Shown: positions 51,639-64,000 of the stretch, piece after piece
Layout: every line of letters begins with the position of its first letter
How positions within the stretch are numbered: the first letter of the stretch is position 1
NCBI RefSeq assembly: GCF_050320075.1
Contig: NZ_CP190018.1
Direction: 5' to 3' (one strand)
Origin: Escherichia coli
GTDB taxonomy: Bacteria; Pseudomonadota; Gammaproteobacteria; Enterobacterales; Enterobacteriaceae
DNA: 64,000 nucleotides
Program-made: the position numbers and the translations under genes
Notes under the pieces: model-generated
Databases searched by the model: none
Seen by the model: only the letters and a program-made list of their open reading frames with translations
Told to the model about the DNA's origin: nothing

Positions 51639-54527
51639 ATGCCCCGCAGCACCTGGTTCAAAGCATTATTGTTGTTTGTTGCCCTTTGGGCACCCTTAAG
51701 TCAGGCAGAAACGGGATGGCAGCCGATTCAGGAAACCATCCGTAAAAGTGATAAAGATAACCGCCAGTATCAGGCTATACGTCTGGATAACGGTATGGTG
51801 GTCTTGCTGGTTTCTGATCCGCAGGCGGTTAAATCGCTCTCGGCGCTGGTAGTGCCCGTTGGGTCGCTGGAAGATCCCGAGGCGTACCAGGGGCTGGCAC
51901 ATTACCTTGAACATATGAGTCTGATGGGGTCGAAAAAGTACCCGCAGGCTGACAGTCTGGCCGAATATCTCAAAATGCACGGCGGCAGTCACAATGCCAG
52001 CACGGCACCGTATCGCACGGCTTTCTATCTGGAAGTTGAGAACGACGCCTTGCCCGGTGCGGTAGACCGCCTGGCGGACGCTATTGCAGAACCCTTGCTC
52101 GACAAGAAATACGCCGAACGTGAACGTAATGCAGTGAATGCCGAATTAACCATGGCGCGTACGCGTGACGGGATGCGCATGGCACAGGTCAGCGCAGAAA
52201 CCATTAACCCGGCACACCCCGGTTCAAAGTTTTCTGGTGGTAACCTCGAAACTTTAAGCGACAAACCCGGAAATCCGGTACAGCAGGCGCTGAAAGATTT
52301 CCACGAGAAGTACTATTCCGCCAATCTGATGAAGGCGGTTATTTACAGCAATAAACCGCTGCCGGAGTTGGCAAAAATGGCGGCGGACACCTTTGGTCGC
52401 GTGCCGAACAAAGAGAGCAAAAAACCGGAAATCACCGTGCCGGTAGTCACCGACGCGCAAAAGGGCATTATCATTCATTACGTCCCGGCGCTGCCGCGTA
52501 AAGTTCTGCGCGTTGAGTTTCGCATCGATAACAATTCAGCGAAGTTCCGTAGTAAAACGGATGAATTGATTACCTATCTGATCGGTAATCGCAGCCCAGG
52601 TACACTTTCTGACTGGCTGCAAAAGCAGGGATTAGTTGAGGGCATTAGCGCCAATTCCGATCCTATCGTCAACGGCAACAGCGGCGTATTAGCGATCTCT
52701 GCGTCTTTAACCGATAAAGGTCTGGCGAATCGCGATCAGGTTGTGGCGGCCATTTTTAGCTACCTCAATCTGTTACGCGAAAAAGGGATTGATAAACAAT
52801 ACTTCGATGAACTGGCGAATGTGCTGGATATCGACTTCCGTTATCCGTCAATCACCCGTGATATGGATTACGTCGAATGGCTGGCAGATACCATGATTCG
52901 CGTTCCTGTTGAGCATACGCTGGATGCAGTCAATATTGCCGATCGGTACGACGCTAAAGCAGTAAAAGAACGCCTGGCGATGATGACGCCGCAGAATGCG
53001 CGTATCTGGTATATCAGCCCGAAAGAGCCGCACAACAAAACGGCTTACTTTGTCGATGCGCCGTATCAGGTCGATAAAATTAGCGCACAAACTTTCGCTG
53101 ACTGGCAGAAAAAAGCCGCCGACATTGCGCTCTCTTTGCCAGAGCTTAACCCCTATATTCCTGACGATTTCTCGCTGATTAAGTCAGAGAAGAAATATGA
53201 CCATCCAGAGCTGATTGTTGATGAGTCGAATCTGCGTGTGGTGTATGCGCCAAGCCGTTATTTTTCCAGCGAACCCAAAGCTGATGTCAGCCTGATTTTG
53301 CGTAACCCGAAAGCCATGGACAGCGCCCGCAATCAGGTGATGTTTGCGCTCAATGATTATCTCGCAGGGCTGGCGCTTGATCAGTTAAGCAACCAGGCGT
53401 CGGTTGGTGGCATAAGTTTTTCCACCAATGCTAACAACGGCCTTATGGTTAATGCCAATGGTTACACCCAGCGCCTGCCGCAGCTGTTCCAGGCATTGCT
53501 CGAGGGGTACTTTAGCTATACCGCTACGGAAGATCAGCTTGAGCAGGCGAAGTCCTGGTATAACCAGATGATGGATTCTGCAGAAAAGGGCAAAGCGTTC
53601 GAGCAGGCGATTATGCCCGCCCAGATGCTCTCGCAAGTGCCGTACTTCTCGCGAGATGAACGGCGCAAAATTTTGCCCTCCATTACTTTGAAAGAGGTGC
53701 TGGCCTATCGCGACGCCTTAAAATCAGGGGCTCGACCAGAGTTTATGGTTATTGGCAACATGACCGAAGCCCAGGCAACAACGCTGGCACGCGATGTGCA
53801 AAAACAGTTGGGCGCTGATGGTTCGGAGTGGTGTCGTAACAAAGATGTCGTGGTCGATAAAAAACAATCCGTCATCTTTGAAAAAGCCGGTAACAGCACC
53901 GACTCCGCACTGGCAGCGGTATTTGTACCGACTGGCTACGATGAATACACCAGCTCAGCCTATAGCTCTCTGTTGGGGCAGATCGTACAGCCGTGGTTCT
54001 ACAATCAGTTGCGTACCGAAGAACAGTTGGGCTATGCCGTGTTTGCGTTTCCAATGAGCGTGGGGCGTCAGTGGGGCATGGGCTTCCTGTTGCAAAGCAA
54101 TGATAAACAGCCTTCATTCTTGTGGGAGCGTTACAAGGCGTTTTTCCCAACCGCAGAGGCAAAATTGCGGACGATGAAGCCAGAAGAGTTTGCGCAAATC
54201 CAGCAGGCGGTAATAACCCAGATGCTGCAGGCACCGCAAACGCTCGGCGAAGAAGCATCGAAGTTAAGTAAAGATTTCGATCGCGGCAATATGCGCTTCG
54301 ATTCGCGTGATAAAATCGTGGCCCAGATAAAACTGCTGACGCCGCAAAAACTTGCTGATTTCTTCCATCAGGCGGTGGTCGAGCCGCAAGGCATGGCTAT
54401 TCTGTCGCAGATTTCTGGCAGCCAGAACGGGAAAGCCGAATATGTGCATCCTGAAGGCTGGAAAGTGTGGGAGAACGTCAGCGCGTTGCAGCAAACAATG
54501 CCCCTGATGAGTGAAAAGAATGAGTGA
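51639..54527 (+). CDS. ptrA: Protease III (pitrilysin)
   Basis: 962 aa with a signal peptide and the inverted zinc motif HYLEH. Confidence 0.97.
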   Translation: MPRSTWFKALLLFVALWAPLSQAETGWQPIQETIRKSDKDNRQYQAIRLDNGMVVLLVSDPQAVKSLSALVVPVGSLEDPEAYQGLAHYLEHMSLMGSKKYPQADSLAEYLKMHGGSHNASTAPYRTAFYLEVENDALPGAVDRLADAIAEPLLDKKYAERERNAVNAELTMARTRDGMRMAQVSAETINPAHPGSKFSGGNLETLSDKPGNPVQQALKDFHEKYYSANLMKAVIYSNKPLPELAKMAADTFGRVPNKESKKPEITVPVVTDAQKGIIIHYVPALPRKVLRVEFRIDNNSAKFRSKTDELITYLIGNRSPGTLSDWLQKQGLVEGISANSDPIVNGNSGVLAISASLTDKGLANRDQVVAAIFSYLNLLREKGIDKQYFDELANVLDIDFRYPSITRDMDYVEWLADTMIRVPVEHTLDAVNIADRYDAKAVKERLAMMTPQNARIWYISPKEPHNKTAYFVDAPYQVDKISAQTFADWQKKAADIALSLPELNPYIPDDFSLIKSEKKYDHPELIVDESNLRVVYAPSRYFSSEPKADVSLILRNPKAMDSARNQVMFALNDYLAGLALDQLSNQASVGGISFSTNANNGLMVNANGYTQRLPQLFQALLEGYFSYTATEDQLEQAKSWYNQMMDSAEKGKAFEQAIMPAQMLSQVPYFSRDERRKILPSITLKEVLAYRDALKSGARPEFMVIGNMTEAQATTLARDVQKQLGADGSEWCRNKDVVVDKKQSVIFEKAGNSTDSALAAVFVPTGYDEYTSSAYSSLLGQIVQPWFYNQLRTEEQLGYAVFAFPMSVGRQWGMGFLLQSNDKQPSFLWERYKAFFPTAEAKLRTMKPEEFAQIQQAVITQMLQAPQTLGEEASKLSKDFDRGNMRFDSRDKIVAQIKLLTPQKLADFFHQAVVEPQGMAILSQISGSQNGKAEYVHPEGWKVWENVSALQQTMPLMSEKNE

Positions 54528-57500
54528 TGTCGCCGAGACACTAGATCCTTTGCGCTTGCCCTTACAGGGCGAGCGCCTGATTGAAGCCTCTGCCGGCACA
54601 GGCAAAACCTTTACGATTGCGGCGCTCTATTTGCGCCTGTTACTTGGACTAGGCGGTTCTGCCGCCTTTCCCCGCCCGCTGACCGTTGAAGAACTGCTGG
54701 TGGTCACCTTTACCGAGGCTGCCACGGCAGAATTGCGCGGTCGTATCCGTAGCAATATCCATGAGTTGCGCATCGCCTGTCTGCGTGAAACCACCGACAA
54801 TCCACTGTACGAACGCCTGCTGGAAGAGATCGACGATAAAGCGCAAGCCGCGCAGTGGTTGTTGTTAGCCGAACGGCAGATGGATGAAGCGGCAGTCTTT
54901 ACTATTCACGGTTTTTGCCAGCGCATGCTCAACCTGAATGCCTTTGAATCCGGCATGCTGTTTGAGCAGCAGCTGATTGAAGATGAGTCTCTGCTACGCT
55001 ACCAGGCCTGCGCCGATTTCTGGCGTCGCCACTGCTACCCGCTGCCGCGTGAAATTGCCCAGGTGGTCTTTGAAACCTGGAAAGGGCCGCAGGCGTTGCT
55101 GCGCGATATTAATCGTTATCTGCAAGGCGAAGCACCGGTTATCAAAGCACCGCCGCCCGATGATGAAACGCTGGCTTCCCGCCACGCGCAAATTGTGGCG
55201 CGTATCGACGCCGTAAAACAGCAGTGGCGCGACGCGGTGGGTGAACTGGATGCGCTGATCGAATCTTCTGGTATTGATCGACGCAAGTTTAACCGTAGCA
55301 ATCAGGCTAAATGGATCGACAAGATCAGCGCCTGGGCAGAAGAAGAGACCAACAGTTATCAGTTACCGGAGTCGCTGGAAAAATTCTCTCAGCGTTTCTT
55401 AGAAGATCGCACGAAAGCCGGGGGGGAAACCCCGCGACATCCACTGTTTGAGGCGATCGATCAACTGCTTGCAGAACCATTGTCGATCCGCGATCTGCTG
55501 ATAACCCGCGCATTGGCTGAGATCCGCGAAACAGTAGCGCGTGAAAAACGCCGCCGTGGCGAATTGGGTTTTGATGACATGTTAAGTCGGCTCGATTCCG
55601 CGCTGCGTAGCGAAAGCGGCGAGGTGTTGGCAGCGGCGATCCGTACGCGATTCCCGGTGGCAATGATCGATGAATTTCAGGATACCGACCCCCAGCAGTA
55701 CCGAATTTTTCGCCGTATCTGGCACCATCAGCCGGAAACCGCATTGTTGCTGATTGGCGACCCGAAACAGGCCATATATGCATTCCGGGGTGCGGATATC
55801 TTCACTTATATGAAGGCGCGTAGCGAAGTTCACGCCCACTACACTTTAGATACCAACTGGCGCTCCGCACCAGGAATGGTGAACAGCGTGAATAAGCTTT
55901 TCAGTCAGACTGATGACGCGTTCATGTTTCGCGAAATTCCTTTTATTCCAGTGAAATCAGCCGGGAAAAATCAGGCGTTACGTTTTGTGTTTAAAGGTGA
56001 AACGCAGCCTGCGATGAAAATGTGGCTGATGGAAGGCGAAAGCTGCGGCGTTGGCGACTATCAAAGTACCATGGCGCAGGTATGTGCTGCGCAAATCCGC
56101 GACTGGCTACAAGCCGGACAGCGGGGCGAAGCGTTGCTGATGAACGGCGACGACGCGCGTCCGGTGCGTGCTTCGGACATCAGTGTGCTGGTGCGCAGCC
56201 GCCAGGAGGCCGCCCAGGTGCGCGACGCCTTAACGTTGCTGGAAATCCCTTCCGTTTACCTTTCGAACCGCGACAGTGTTTTTGAAACTCTGGAAGCGCA
56301 GGAAATGCTTTGGTTGTTGCAGGCGGTGATGACGCCCGAACGTGAGAACACCCTGCGTAGTGCGCTGGCAACGTCAATGATGGGGCTGAACGCGCTGGAT
56401 ATCGAAACGCTGAACAATGACGAACATGCGTGGGATGCGGTAGTCGAAGAGTTCGATGGTTATCGGCAAATCTGGCGCAAACGTGGCGTTATGCCGATGC
56501 TGCGGGCGCTGATGTCGGCGCGTAACATTGCTGAAAACTTGCTGGCAACGGCAGGCGGTGAGCGGCGTCTTACCGATATCTTGCATATCAGCGAACTGCT
56601 ACAAGAAGCCGGAACGCAGCTGGAAAGTGAACATGCGCTGGTACGCTGGTTATCGCAACATATCCTCGAGCCAGACAGTAATGCCTCCAGCCAACAAATG
56701 CGCCTCGAAAGTGATAAACATCTGGTGCAGATTGTCACGATCCATAAATCAAAAGGGCTGGAATATCCGCTGGTCTGGTTGCCATTTATTACCAATTTCC
56801 GCGTCCAGGATCAGGCGTTCTATCACGATCGCCACTCGTTTGAGGCTGTTCTGGATCTTAATGCTGCGCCAGAAAGCGTCGACCTCGCGGAGGCCGAACG
56901 TCTGGCGGAAGATCTGCGTTTGCTTTACGTGGCGCTGACGCGTTCGGTTTGGCATTGCAGTCTCGGCGTTGCACCGCTGGTGCGCCGTCGTGGCGATAAA
57001 AAAGGTGACACCGACGTCCACCAAAGTGCGCTCGGGCGTTTGCTGCAAAAAGGGGAACCGCAAGATGCGGCAGGGCTTCGCACCTGTATTGAAGCGTTAT
57101 GCGATGATGATATTGCCTGGCAAACGGCACAAACGGGTGATAACCAGCCCTGGCAGGTTAATGATGCTATAACTGCAGAACTGAATGCGAGGACACTACA
57201 ACGATTGCCCGGCGATAACTGGCGTGTCACCAGCTACTCCGGTTTGCAGCAGCGTGGTCACGGTATCGCTCAGGATCTGATGCCACGGCTGGATGTTGAT
57301 GCCGCAGGCGTGGTCAGCGTCGTTGAAGAACCGACGTTAACACCGCATCAGTTCCCGCGCGGTGCGTCACCGGGGACATTCTTGCACAGTTTGTTTGAAG
57401 ACCTCGATTTTACCCAGCCGGTTGACCCGAACTGGGTACAGGAAAAACTGGAACTCGGCGGCTTTGAATCGCAGTGGGAACCGGTGTTGACCGAGTGGAT

Positions 57501-58062
57501 CACGGCTGTCCTCCAGGCACCTCTCAATGAAACGGGTGTTAGCCTGAGTCAGCTTTCCGACCGCGATAAACAGGTGGAGATGGAGTTTTACCTGCCGATT
57601 AGTGAACCGCTCATCGCCAGCCAGCTTGATGCACTAATTCGCCAGTTTGATCCGCTATCCGCTGGCTGCCCGCCGCTGGAGTTCATGCAGGTACGCGGCA
57701 TGTTAAAAGGCTTTATCGACCTGGTATTCCGCCACGAAGGGCGTTATTACCTGCTCGACTATAAATCCAACTGGCTGGGTGAAGACAGTTCGGCTTACAC
57801 CCAACAGGCTATGGCAGCGGCGATGCAGGCACACCGCTATGATCTGCAATATCAGCTTTATACCCTGGCGCTGCACCGTTATCTGCGCCATCGCATTGCT
57901 GATTACGACTATGATCGTCACTTTGGCGGCGTTATCTATCTGTTCCTGCGTGGCGTTGATAAAGAACATCCGCAACAAGGGATTTACACAACCCGACCCA
58001 ACGCCGGGTTGATTGACCTGATGGATGAGATGTTTGCCGGTATGACCCTGGAGGAGGCGTAA
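54520..58062 (+). CDS. recB: Exodeoxyribonuclease V beta subunit
   Basis: 1180 aa from [10 protein letters not shown] with Walker A GTGKT. Overlaps the end of ptrA. Confidence 0.97.
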   Translation: MSDVAETLDPLRLPLQGERLIEASAGTGKTFTIAALYLRLLLGLGGSAAFPRPLTVEELLVVTFTEAATAELRGRIRSNIHELRIACLRETTDNPLYERLLEEIDDKAQAAQWLLLAERQMDEAAVFTIHGFCQRMLNLNAFESGMLFEQQLIEDESLLRYQACADFWRRHCYPLPREIAQVVFETWKGPQALLRDINRYLQGEAPVIKAPPPDDETLASRHAQIVARIDAVKQQWRDAVGELDALIESSGIDRRKFNRSNQAKWIDKISAWAEEETNSYQLPESLEKFSQRFLEDRTKAGGETPRHPLFEAIDQLLAEPLSIRDLLITRALAEIRETVAREKRRRGELGFDDMLSRLDSALRSESGEVLAAAIRTRFPVAMIDEFQDTDPQQYRIFRRIWHHQPETALLLIGDPKQAIYAFRGADIFTYMKARSEVHAHYTLDTNWRSAPGMVNSVNKLFSQTDDAFMFREIPFIPVKSAGKNQALRFVFKGETQPAMKMWLMEGESCGVGDYQSTMAQVCAAQIRDWLQAGQRGEALLMNGDDARPVRASDISVLVRSRQEAAQVRDALTLLEIPSVYLSNRDSVFETLEAQEMLWLLQAVMTPERENTLRSALATSMMGLNALDIETLNNDEHAWDAVVEEFDGYRQIWRKRGVMPMLRALMSARNIAENLLATAGGERRLTDILHISELLQEAGTQLESEHALVRWLSQHILEPDSNASSQQMRLESDKHLVQIVTIHKSKGLEYPLVWLPFITNFRVQDQAFYHDRHSFEAVLDLNAAPESVDLAEAERLAEDLRLLYVALTRSVWHCSLGVAPLVRRRGDKKGDTDVHQSALGRLLQKGEPQDAAGLRTCIEALCDDDIAWQTAQTGDNQPWQVNDAITAELNARTLQRLPGDNWRVTSYSGLQQRGHGIAQDLMPRLDVDAAGVVSVVEEPTLTPHQFPRGASPGTFLHSLFEDLDFTQPVDPNWVQEKLELGGFESQWEPVLTEWITAVLQAPLNETGVSLSQLSDRDKQVEMEFYLPISEPLIASQLDALIRQFDPLSAGCPPLEFMQVRGMLKGFIDLVFRHEGRYYLLDYKSNWLGEDSSAYTQQAMAAAMQAHRYDLQYQLYTLALHRYLRHRIADYDYDRHFGGVIYLFLRGVDKEHPQQGIYTTRPNAGLIDLMDEMFAGMTLEEA

Positions 58063-59888
58063 TGAAATTGCAAAAGCAATTACTGGAAGCTGTGGAGCAC
58101 AAACAGCTACGCCCGCTGGATGTGCAATTTGCCCTGACCGTGGCGGGAGATGAACATCCTGCCGTCACCCTCGCGGCAGCCCTGTTAAGCCACGACGCCG
58201 GAGAAGGGCATGTCTGTTTACCGCTCTCACGACTGGAAAATAACGAGGCGTCGCATCCGCTGTTGGCGACCTGTGTCAGTGAAATCGGTGAGTTACAAAA
58301 TTGGGAAGAATGCTTGCTGGCTTCACAAGCGGTCAGCCGGGGAGATGAACCAACGCCGATGATCCTCTGTGGCGATCGTCTTTATTTGAATCGCATGTGG
58401 TGTAACGAGCGCACAGTGGCACGCTTTTTCAACGAAGTGAATCATGCCATTGAGGTTGATGAAGCTCTACTGGCGCAAACCCTGGACAAACTTTTTCCAG
58501 TAAGCGATGAAATTAACTGGCAAAAAGTTGCGGCGGCAGTGGCGCTGACGCGGCGGATCTCGGTGATTTCCGGCGGCCCTGGCACCGGTAAAACGACCAC
58601 CGTAGCGAAGTTGCTGGCAGCGTTAATTCAAATGGCCGACGGCGAACGCTGCCGTATCCGTTTGGCTGCACCAACGGGTAAAGCTGCCGCGCGCTTAACC
58701 GAATCTCTCGGCAAGGCTTTGCGACAGTTACCGCTGACCGATGAACAAAAGAAACGCATTCCGGAAGATGCCAGTACTTTGCATCGATTGCTGGGTGCAC
58801 AGCCGGGTAGCCAGCGTTTACGTCATCATGCCGGTAACCCGCTGCATCTTGATGTGCTGGTGGTAGATGAAGCGTCAATGATCGATCTGCCTATGATGTC
58901 GAGACTGATCGACGCCTTGCCCGATCATGCGCGAGTGATCTTTCTCGGCGATCGTGATCAACTGGCCTCGGTTGAGGCTGGGGCTGTGCTGGGCGATATT
59001 TGTGCTTATGCCAATGCCGGCTTTACCGCCGAGCGTGCCGGGCAGCTAAGCCGCCTGACGGGAACTCACGTTCCGGCAGGAACTGGCACAGAAGCGGCAT
59101 CTTTGCGCGACAGTCTCTGCCTGCTGCAAAAAAGCTATCGTTTCGGCAGCGATTCTGGCATTGGTCAGTTAGCTGCGGCGATCAACCGTGGTGATAAAAC
59201 GGCAGTGAAAACCGTTTTTCAGCAGGATTTTTCTGATATCGAAAAACGGCTTTTACAGAGCGGCGAAGATTATATTGCGATGCTTGAGGAAGCTCTTGCG
59301 GGTTATGGACGTTATCTGGATCTGCTGCAAGCGCGTGCCGAGCCGGATTTAATCATTCAGGCGTTCAATGAGTACCAACTTTTGTGCGCCCTGCGGGAAG
59401 GGCCATTTGGCGTGGCTGGACTGAATGAGCGAATTGAGCAGTTTATGCAACAGAAGCGCAAAATTCATCGTAATCCGCACTCTCGTTGGTACGAAGGCCG
59501 ACCGGTGATGATTGCCCGTAATGACAGCGCGCTTGGGTTGTTTAATGGCGATATCGGTATCGCTCTGGATCGTGGGCAGGGGACGCGCGTCTGGTTTGCG
59601 ATGCCGGACGGCAATATTAAGTCTGTGCAACCGAGTCGCTTGCCAGAGCACGAAACTACGTGGGCGATGACGGTACATAAATCGCAGGGATCGGAGTTCG
59701 ACCATGCGGCGTTGATTTTACCGAGCCAACGCACGCCGGTAGTAACACGAGAGCTGGTTTACACTGCGGTAACCCGCGCGCGTCGACGTTTGTCGCTGTA
59801 TGCCGATGAGCGTATTTTGAGTGCGGCAATCGCCACGCGCACTGAGCGGCGCAGTGGTCTGGCGGCATTGTTTAGTTCGCGGGAATAA
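58062..59888 (+). CDS. recD: Exodeoxyribonuclease V alpha subunit
   Basis: 608 aa with Walker [10 protein letters not shown]. The start overlaps the recB stop. Confidence 0.97.
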   Translation: MKLQKQLLEAVEHKQLRPLDVQFALTVAGDEHPAVTLAAALLSHDAGEGHVCLPLSRLENNEASHPLLATCVSEIGELQNWEECLLASQAVSRGDEPTPMILCGDRLYLNRMWCNERTVARFFNEVNHAIEVDEALLAQTLDKLFPVSDEINWQKVAAAVALTRRISVISGGPGTGKTTTVAKLLAALIQMADGERCRIRLAAPTGKAAARLTESLGKALRQLPLTDEQKKRIPEDASTLHRLLGAQPGSQRLRHHAGNPLHLDVLVVDEASMIDLPMMSRLIDALPDHARVIFLGDRDQLASVEAGAVLGDICAYANAGFTAERAGQLSRLTGTHVPAGTGTEAASLRDSLCLLQKSYRFGSDSGIGQLAAAINRGDKTAVKTVFQQDFSDIEKRLLQSGEDYIAMLEEALAGYGRYLDLLQARAEPDLIIQAFNEYQLLCALREGPFGVAGLNERIEQFMQQKRKIHRNPHSRWYEGRPVMIARNDSALGLFNGDIGIALDRGQGTRVWFAMPDGNIKSVQPSRLPEHETTWAMTVHKSQGSEFDHAALILPSQRTPVVTRELVYTAVTRARRRLSLYADERILSAAIATRTERRSGLAALFSSRE

Positions 59889-59896
59889 ACGTAATT

Positions 59897-59937
59897 GCCG
59901 GATGCGACGCACGGGTGTTACGCATGTCGCATCCGGC
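59897..59937. repeat. REP/BIME-like inverted repeat serving as a bidirectional terminator between recD and argA
   Basis: GCCGGATGCGAC at 59897-59908 pairs with GTCGCATCCGGC at 59926-59937. Confidence 0.6.
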
Positions 59938-59949
59938 GATTTTCATCGC

Positions 59950-61281
59950 TTACCCCAAATCCGCCATCAACACTTTGGATTTACGCTGGTAGTTGTACAA
60001 CTGCTTTTTGCTCTCGGGCAGTAAATCAATATCCACTGGGGTAAATCCACGTTCCTGGAACCAGTGAATACTGCGCGTGGTCAGCACAAATAATTTGCTT
60101 AAGCCGCTCTGCTTCGCCTGAGCGGCAATGCGTTCCAGCAGAACCTCGCCCCGTGATGAACTGCGGTAATCCGGGTGAACTGCCACACAGGCCATTTCCC
60201 CAATCTTCTCTTCCGGGAACGGATAGAGCGCGGCGCAGGCAATAGTCGTGTTATCGCGCTGAATAATGGTGAATTTGTCGATTTCCATCTCCAGCTGCTC
60301 GCGAGAACGGCGCACCAGAATACCTTGCTGCTCCAGCGGGCGAATCAACTCCAGAATACCGCCAATATCGTTGATTGTTGCGCGACGAATCTGCTCGGCG
60401 CTTTCCATCACAATCTGCGTACCGATACCGTCGCGTGAGAACAACTCTTGCAACAGCGCGCCATCTTCCTGATAACTGATTAAATGACAGCGACGCACGC
60501 CGCTGCGGCAGGCTTTCACTGCGCCACGCAAAAAGCGCACCGTACCGGAGTTGTAATCACCTTTCTCTTCCTGGGCTTCTACCCGTGCTTGCGCTTCGTT
60601 AGGGAAAAGTTCGGAGACAATATCACCGTCGTCATTAGTGACGCCCTGGGAAGAGCAAAAACCAATCATCTTTTCAGCTTTCAGTTTGATGGCCAGTTGA
60701 GTGGCAATCTCTTCCGAGGTCAGATTAAAGCTCTCGCCAGTGACTGAAACAGCGACCGGCCCCATTAGCACTATTGCACCGCTGTCCAGTTGACGATGGA
60801 TCGCGTCTTCATCAATCCGCCGGATACGCCCGCTATGGCAGTAATCCACGCCGTCATCGACGCCCAGCGGCTGGGCAATAATAAAATTGCCACTAACGAC
60901 GTTGATATGCGCGCCCTGCAGCGGCGTGTTATTGAGACTCATCGACAGGCGAGCAGTAATATCCAGTTGCAATGTTCCCGCAGCCTGCTTCACCAGTTCC
61001 AATGTTTTGGCGTCGGTCACACGTATATTCTTGTGATACAGCGGTTCGTGGTGATGCGCAGCCAGATTTGCGTCGATCTGCGGACGTGCGCCATAGACTA
61101 CCACCAGACGGATGCCGAGGCTGTGCAACAACCCGATATCATTAACGATACTGGAGAAATTCTCATGCTCAATGGCTTCACCGCCGAGCATGATGACAAA
61201 CGTTTTTCCCCGGTGGGTATTGATATAGGGAACCGAATGGCGGAATCCCTCGACCAGCTCGGTTTTACGTTCCTTTACCAC
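59950..61281 (-). CDS. argA: N-acetylglutamate synthase
   Basis: 443 aa from a GTG ([31 protein letters not shown]). The track ORF extends 22 codons upstream. Confidence 0.95.
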   Translation of the reverse strand: MVKERKTELVEGFRHSVPYINTHRGKTFVIMLGGEAIEHENFSSIVNDIGLLHSLGIRLVVVYGARPQIDANLAAHHHEPLYHKNIRVTDAKTLELVKQAAGTLQLDITARLSMSLNNTPLQGAHINVVSGNFIIAQPLGVDDGVDYCHSGRIRRIDEDAIHRQLDSGAIVLMGPVAVSVTGESFNLTSEEIATQLAIKLKAEKMIGFCSSQGVTNDDGDIVSELFPNEAQARVEAQEEKGDYNSGTVRFLRGAVKACRSGVRRCHLISYQEDGALLQELFSRDGIGTQIVMESAEQIRRATINDIGGILELIRPLEQQGILVRRSREQLEMEIDKFTIIQRDNTTIACAALYPFPEEKIGEMACVAVHPDYRSSSRGEVLLERIAAQAKQSGLSKLFVLTTRSIHWFQERGFTPVDIDLLPESKKQLYNYQRKSKVLMADLG

Positions 61282-61292
61282 GGCACACCTCT

Positions 61293-61333
61293 TTGCATGA
61301 TTATTCGAAATTAGTGTATTTTTATTCTGTTTT
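61293..61333 (-). promoter_or_regulatory. Tandem ARG boxes (ArgR operator) upstream of argA
   Basis: The minus strand reads AGAATAAAAATACACT-AAT-TTCGAATAATCATGCA, two 18 bp boxes resembling TGAAT-N8-ATTCA and 3 bp apart. Confidence 0.5.
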
Positions 61334-61512
61334 TTCGCAGGGTGCAAGTGTAAATTTTATGCGAGAGCGACTTTTTTATCAGTAATGCCGTGAATATAAA
61401 AAGAATGTTTACCGTTTATTAGATGACAGATTATGCGTCTTTCGCTAAAGTTTCCGGTCAAATTAGTCGTTTACTTGTTACACAGCTTAGATTTCTTTTG
61501 CTCGGGAGAGGC

Positions 61513-62766
61513 ATGTCAGGATCCAACACTGCAATCAGCCGTCGTCGTTTACTGCAAGGCGCGGGTGCCATGTGGCTATTGAGCGTAAGTCAGGTCAGTC
61601 TGGCTGCGGTCAGCCAGGTCGTGGCGGTGCGCGTCTGGCCTGCGTCCAGCTACACCCGCGTGACGGTAGAATCAAATCGTCAGCTGAAATATAAGCAGTT
61701 CGCGTTGAGTAACCCGGAACGCGTGGTGGTGGATATCGAAGATGTAAACCTGAACTCGGTACTCAAGGGGATGGCGGCACAAATTCGTGCAGACGACCCG
61801 TTCATCAAGTCGGCGCGCGTCGGGCAATTTGACCCGCAAACCGTACGCATGGTTTTTGAATTAAAGCAAAACGTAAAACCGCAGCTGTTTGCCCTTGCGC
61901 CGGTCGCCGGGTTTAAAGAGCGTCTGGTGATGGACCTCTATCCGGCCAATGCACAGGATATGCAGGACCCGCTGCTGGCGCTGCTGGAGGATTACAACAA
62001 AGGCGACCTCGAAAAGCAGGTGCCGCCAGCGCAAAGTGGTCCACAACCAGGTAAAGCAGGGCGCGATCGTCCGATTGTCATTATGCTTGACCCTGGCCAC
62101 GGTGGCGAAGACTCCGGTGCGGTGGGGAAATACAAAACGCGCGAAAAAGACGTGGTATTGCAAATAGCTCGCCGTTTGCGCTCTCTGATCGAGAAAGAGG
62201 GCAATATGAAGGTGTACATGACGCGCAATGAAGACATCTTCATTCCGTTGCAAGTGCGCGTAGCAAAAGCCCAGAAACAGCGTGCTGACCTGTTTGTCTC
62301 TATCCATGCCGACGCCTTTACCAGTCGTCAGCCGAGCGGTTCCTCTGTGTTTGCGCTCTCAACCAAAGGTGCAACCAGTACTGCGGCAAAATATCTGGCA
62401 CAAACCCAGAACGCCTCGGACTTGATTGGTGGCGTGAGCAAAAGCGGTGACCGCTATGTCGACCACACCATGTTCGATATGGTGCAGTCGCTGACCATTG
62501 CCGACAGCCTGAAGTTTGGTAAAGCGGTGCTGAATAAGCTCGGGAAAATCAACAAGCTGCATAAAAATCAAGTTGAACAGGCCGGGTTTGCCGTACTAAA
62601 GGCACCAGATATTCCCTCCATTCTGGTCGAAACGGCGTTTATCAGTAACGTTGAGGAAGAACGTAAACTGAAAACGGCGACTTTCCAGCAGGAAGTTGCG
62701 GAGTCTATTCTTGCGGGGATTAAAGCGTATTTTGCCGATGGGGCGACGCTGGCGAGAAGGGGATGA
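61513..62766 (+). CDS. amiC: N-acetylmuramoyl-L-alanine amidase AmiC (Tat-exported)
   Basis: 417 aa from [18 protein letters not shown], which carries the twin-arginine signal. Recognised. Confidence 0.95.
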
Positions 62767-62767
62767 T

Positions 62768-62794
62768 AAAAAGGCGCTGAATGGCGCTTTTTTT
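62768..62794 (+). terminator. amiC terminator
   Basis: AAAAAGGCGC-tgaatg-GCGCTTTTTTT. Confidence 0.65.
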
Positions 62795-62840
62795 ATAGGA
62801 GAACAGAAACAAAAAAACACCCGTTAGGGTGTTCAATAAT

Positions 62841-62917
<77 letters not shown>

Positions 62918-62949
62918 TCACCGTACTGCTTTATTTCATCAAATTTGAT

Positions 62950-63026
<77 letters not shown>

Positions 63027-63059
63027 TCACCGTACTGCTTTACTTCATCAAATTTTAAT

Positions 63060-63136
<77 letters not shown>

Positions 63137-63344
63137 TCCGTGGATGCGCACTATACTCCGCTCGCGTTTTCATGCAACCTTTTTTTTACCCCGATCACGG
63201 ATTCGGCATGATTTTGAACAAAAACAAATCACTAAAGCCTATTTTTTGTGCAAAATTTGCGTCAGGGAGAGGCTGCTCATTTCATTAAACGCGGCGGTTT
63301 GTTATCTTCGTTGCGCCTTATTTTTTAACCTGAAGAAGAGAACA

Positions 63345-64000
63345 ATGAAAGGACGTTGGGTAAAGTACCTTCTTATGGGCACGGTTGTGGCAATGCTTGC
63401 CGCCTGCTCTTCCAAACCAACCGATCGCGGACAGCAATATAAAGACGGGAAATTTACCCAGCCTTTCTCTCTGGTGAACCAGCCAGATGCCGTTGGCGCG
63501 CCGATTAACGCCGGTGATTTTGCCGAGCAAATTAACCATATCCGTAATTCGTCACCGCGTCTGTATGGCAACCAGAGTAATGTTTATAACGCGGTGCAAG
63601 AGTGGCTGCGCGCAGGCGGTGATACCCGCAATATGCGCCAGTTCGGCATTGATGCCTGGCAGATGGAAGGTGCCGACAACTATGGTAACGTGCAGTTTAC
63701 AGGCTATTACACGCCGGTAATTCAGGCGCGCCATACCCGCCAGGGCGAGTTCCAGTATCCTATTTACCGTATGCCGCCAAAACGTGGTCGTCTGCCGTCT
63801 CGTGCGGAGATCTACGCGGGGGCATTGAGCGATAAATACATCCTCGCTTACAGCAACTCCCTGATGGATAACTTCATTATGGATGTGCAGGGTAGCGGGT
63901 ATATTGACTTTGGTGATGGCAGTCCGCTTAACTTTTTCAGCTATGCAGGGAAAAACGGTCATGCATATCGCAGCATTGGTAAGGTGCTGATCGACCGTGG
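63345..64000 (+). CDS. mltA: Membrane-bound lytic murein transglycosylase A, 5' part (runs off the window)
   Basis: Hand-translated as MKGRWVKYLLMGTVVAMLAACSSKPTDRGQQYKDGKF..., with the lipobox LAAC. Absent from the track because there is no stop in the window. Confidence 0.9.
   Translation, partial: MKGRWVKYLLMGTVVAMLAACSSKPTDRGQQYKDGKFTQPFSLVNQPDAVGAPINAGDFAEQINHIRNSSPRLYGNQSNVYNAVQEWLRAGGDTRNMRQFGIDAWQMEGADNYGNVQFTGYYTPVIQARHTRQGEFQYPIYRMPPKRGRLPSRAEIYAGALSDKYILAYSNSLMDNFIMDVQGSGYIDFGDGSPLNFFSYAGKNGHAYRSIGKVLIDR

Overview
The window is an Escherichia coli-type chromosome segment, reverse-complemented relative to the K-12 map as I recall it. It has three compositional blocks.

(A) 1-13441 is a visibly AT-rich island I cannot place in any known family. 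It holds a small convergent cargo pair, a serine recombinase, and a 2.35 kb ORF-free field of dispersed and palindromic repeats with consensus promoters. Next comes a tightly packed early operon (RHH protein, RepA_N-like winged-helix initiator, tiny acidic proteins) and an 880 bp ORF-free block of strongly structured RNA-like sequence with stacked terminators. A head-only structural module follows: decoration-like protein, lambda gpE-like major capsid protein, small HTH protein and a 613 aa tape-measure-like protein. A tyrosine integrase closes the island, and an IS1 end replaces its 5' end. No portal, terminase, protease, tail tube, lysis or helicase/primase gene is visible in the window. This island is my candidate for the undescribed system: either a capsid-encoding satellite or phage-plasmid hybrid, or a heavily deleted prophage.

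(B) 13442-14209 is IS1 without a target-site duplication. It is followed by an AT-rich ETT2 (type III secretion 2) remnant, ygeK to yqeH/yqeG, that keeps regulators and a chaperone but no secretion apparatus.

(C) About 24.2-64 kb is ordinary conserved core: yqeF, kduID, araE, ygeA, lysRA, galR, omrBA, aas, lplT, tas, ygdRQ, mutH, ygdT, rppH, ptsP, lgt, thyA, ppdAB-ygdB-ppdC, recC, ptrA, recB, recD, argA, amiC, three tRNA-fMet genes and the mltA 5' part. The only non-K-12 item I see there is an IS200-type element between araE and ygeA.

Gene names come from recognising the translated sequences from memory. No database search was run.
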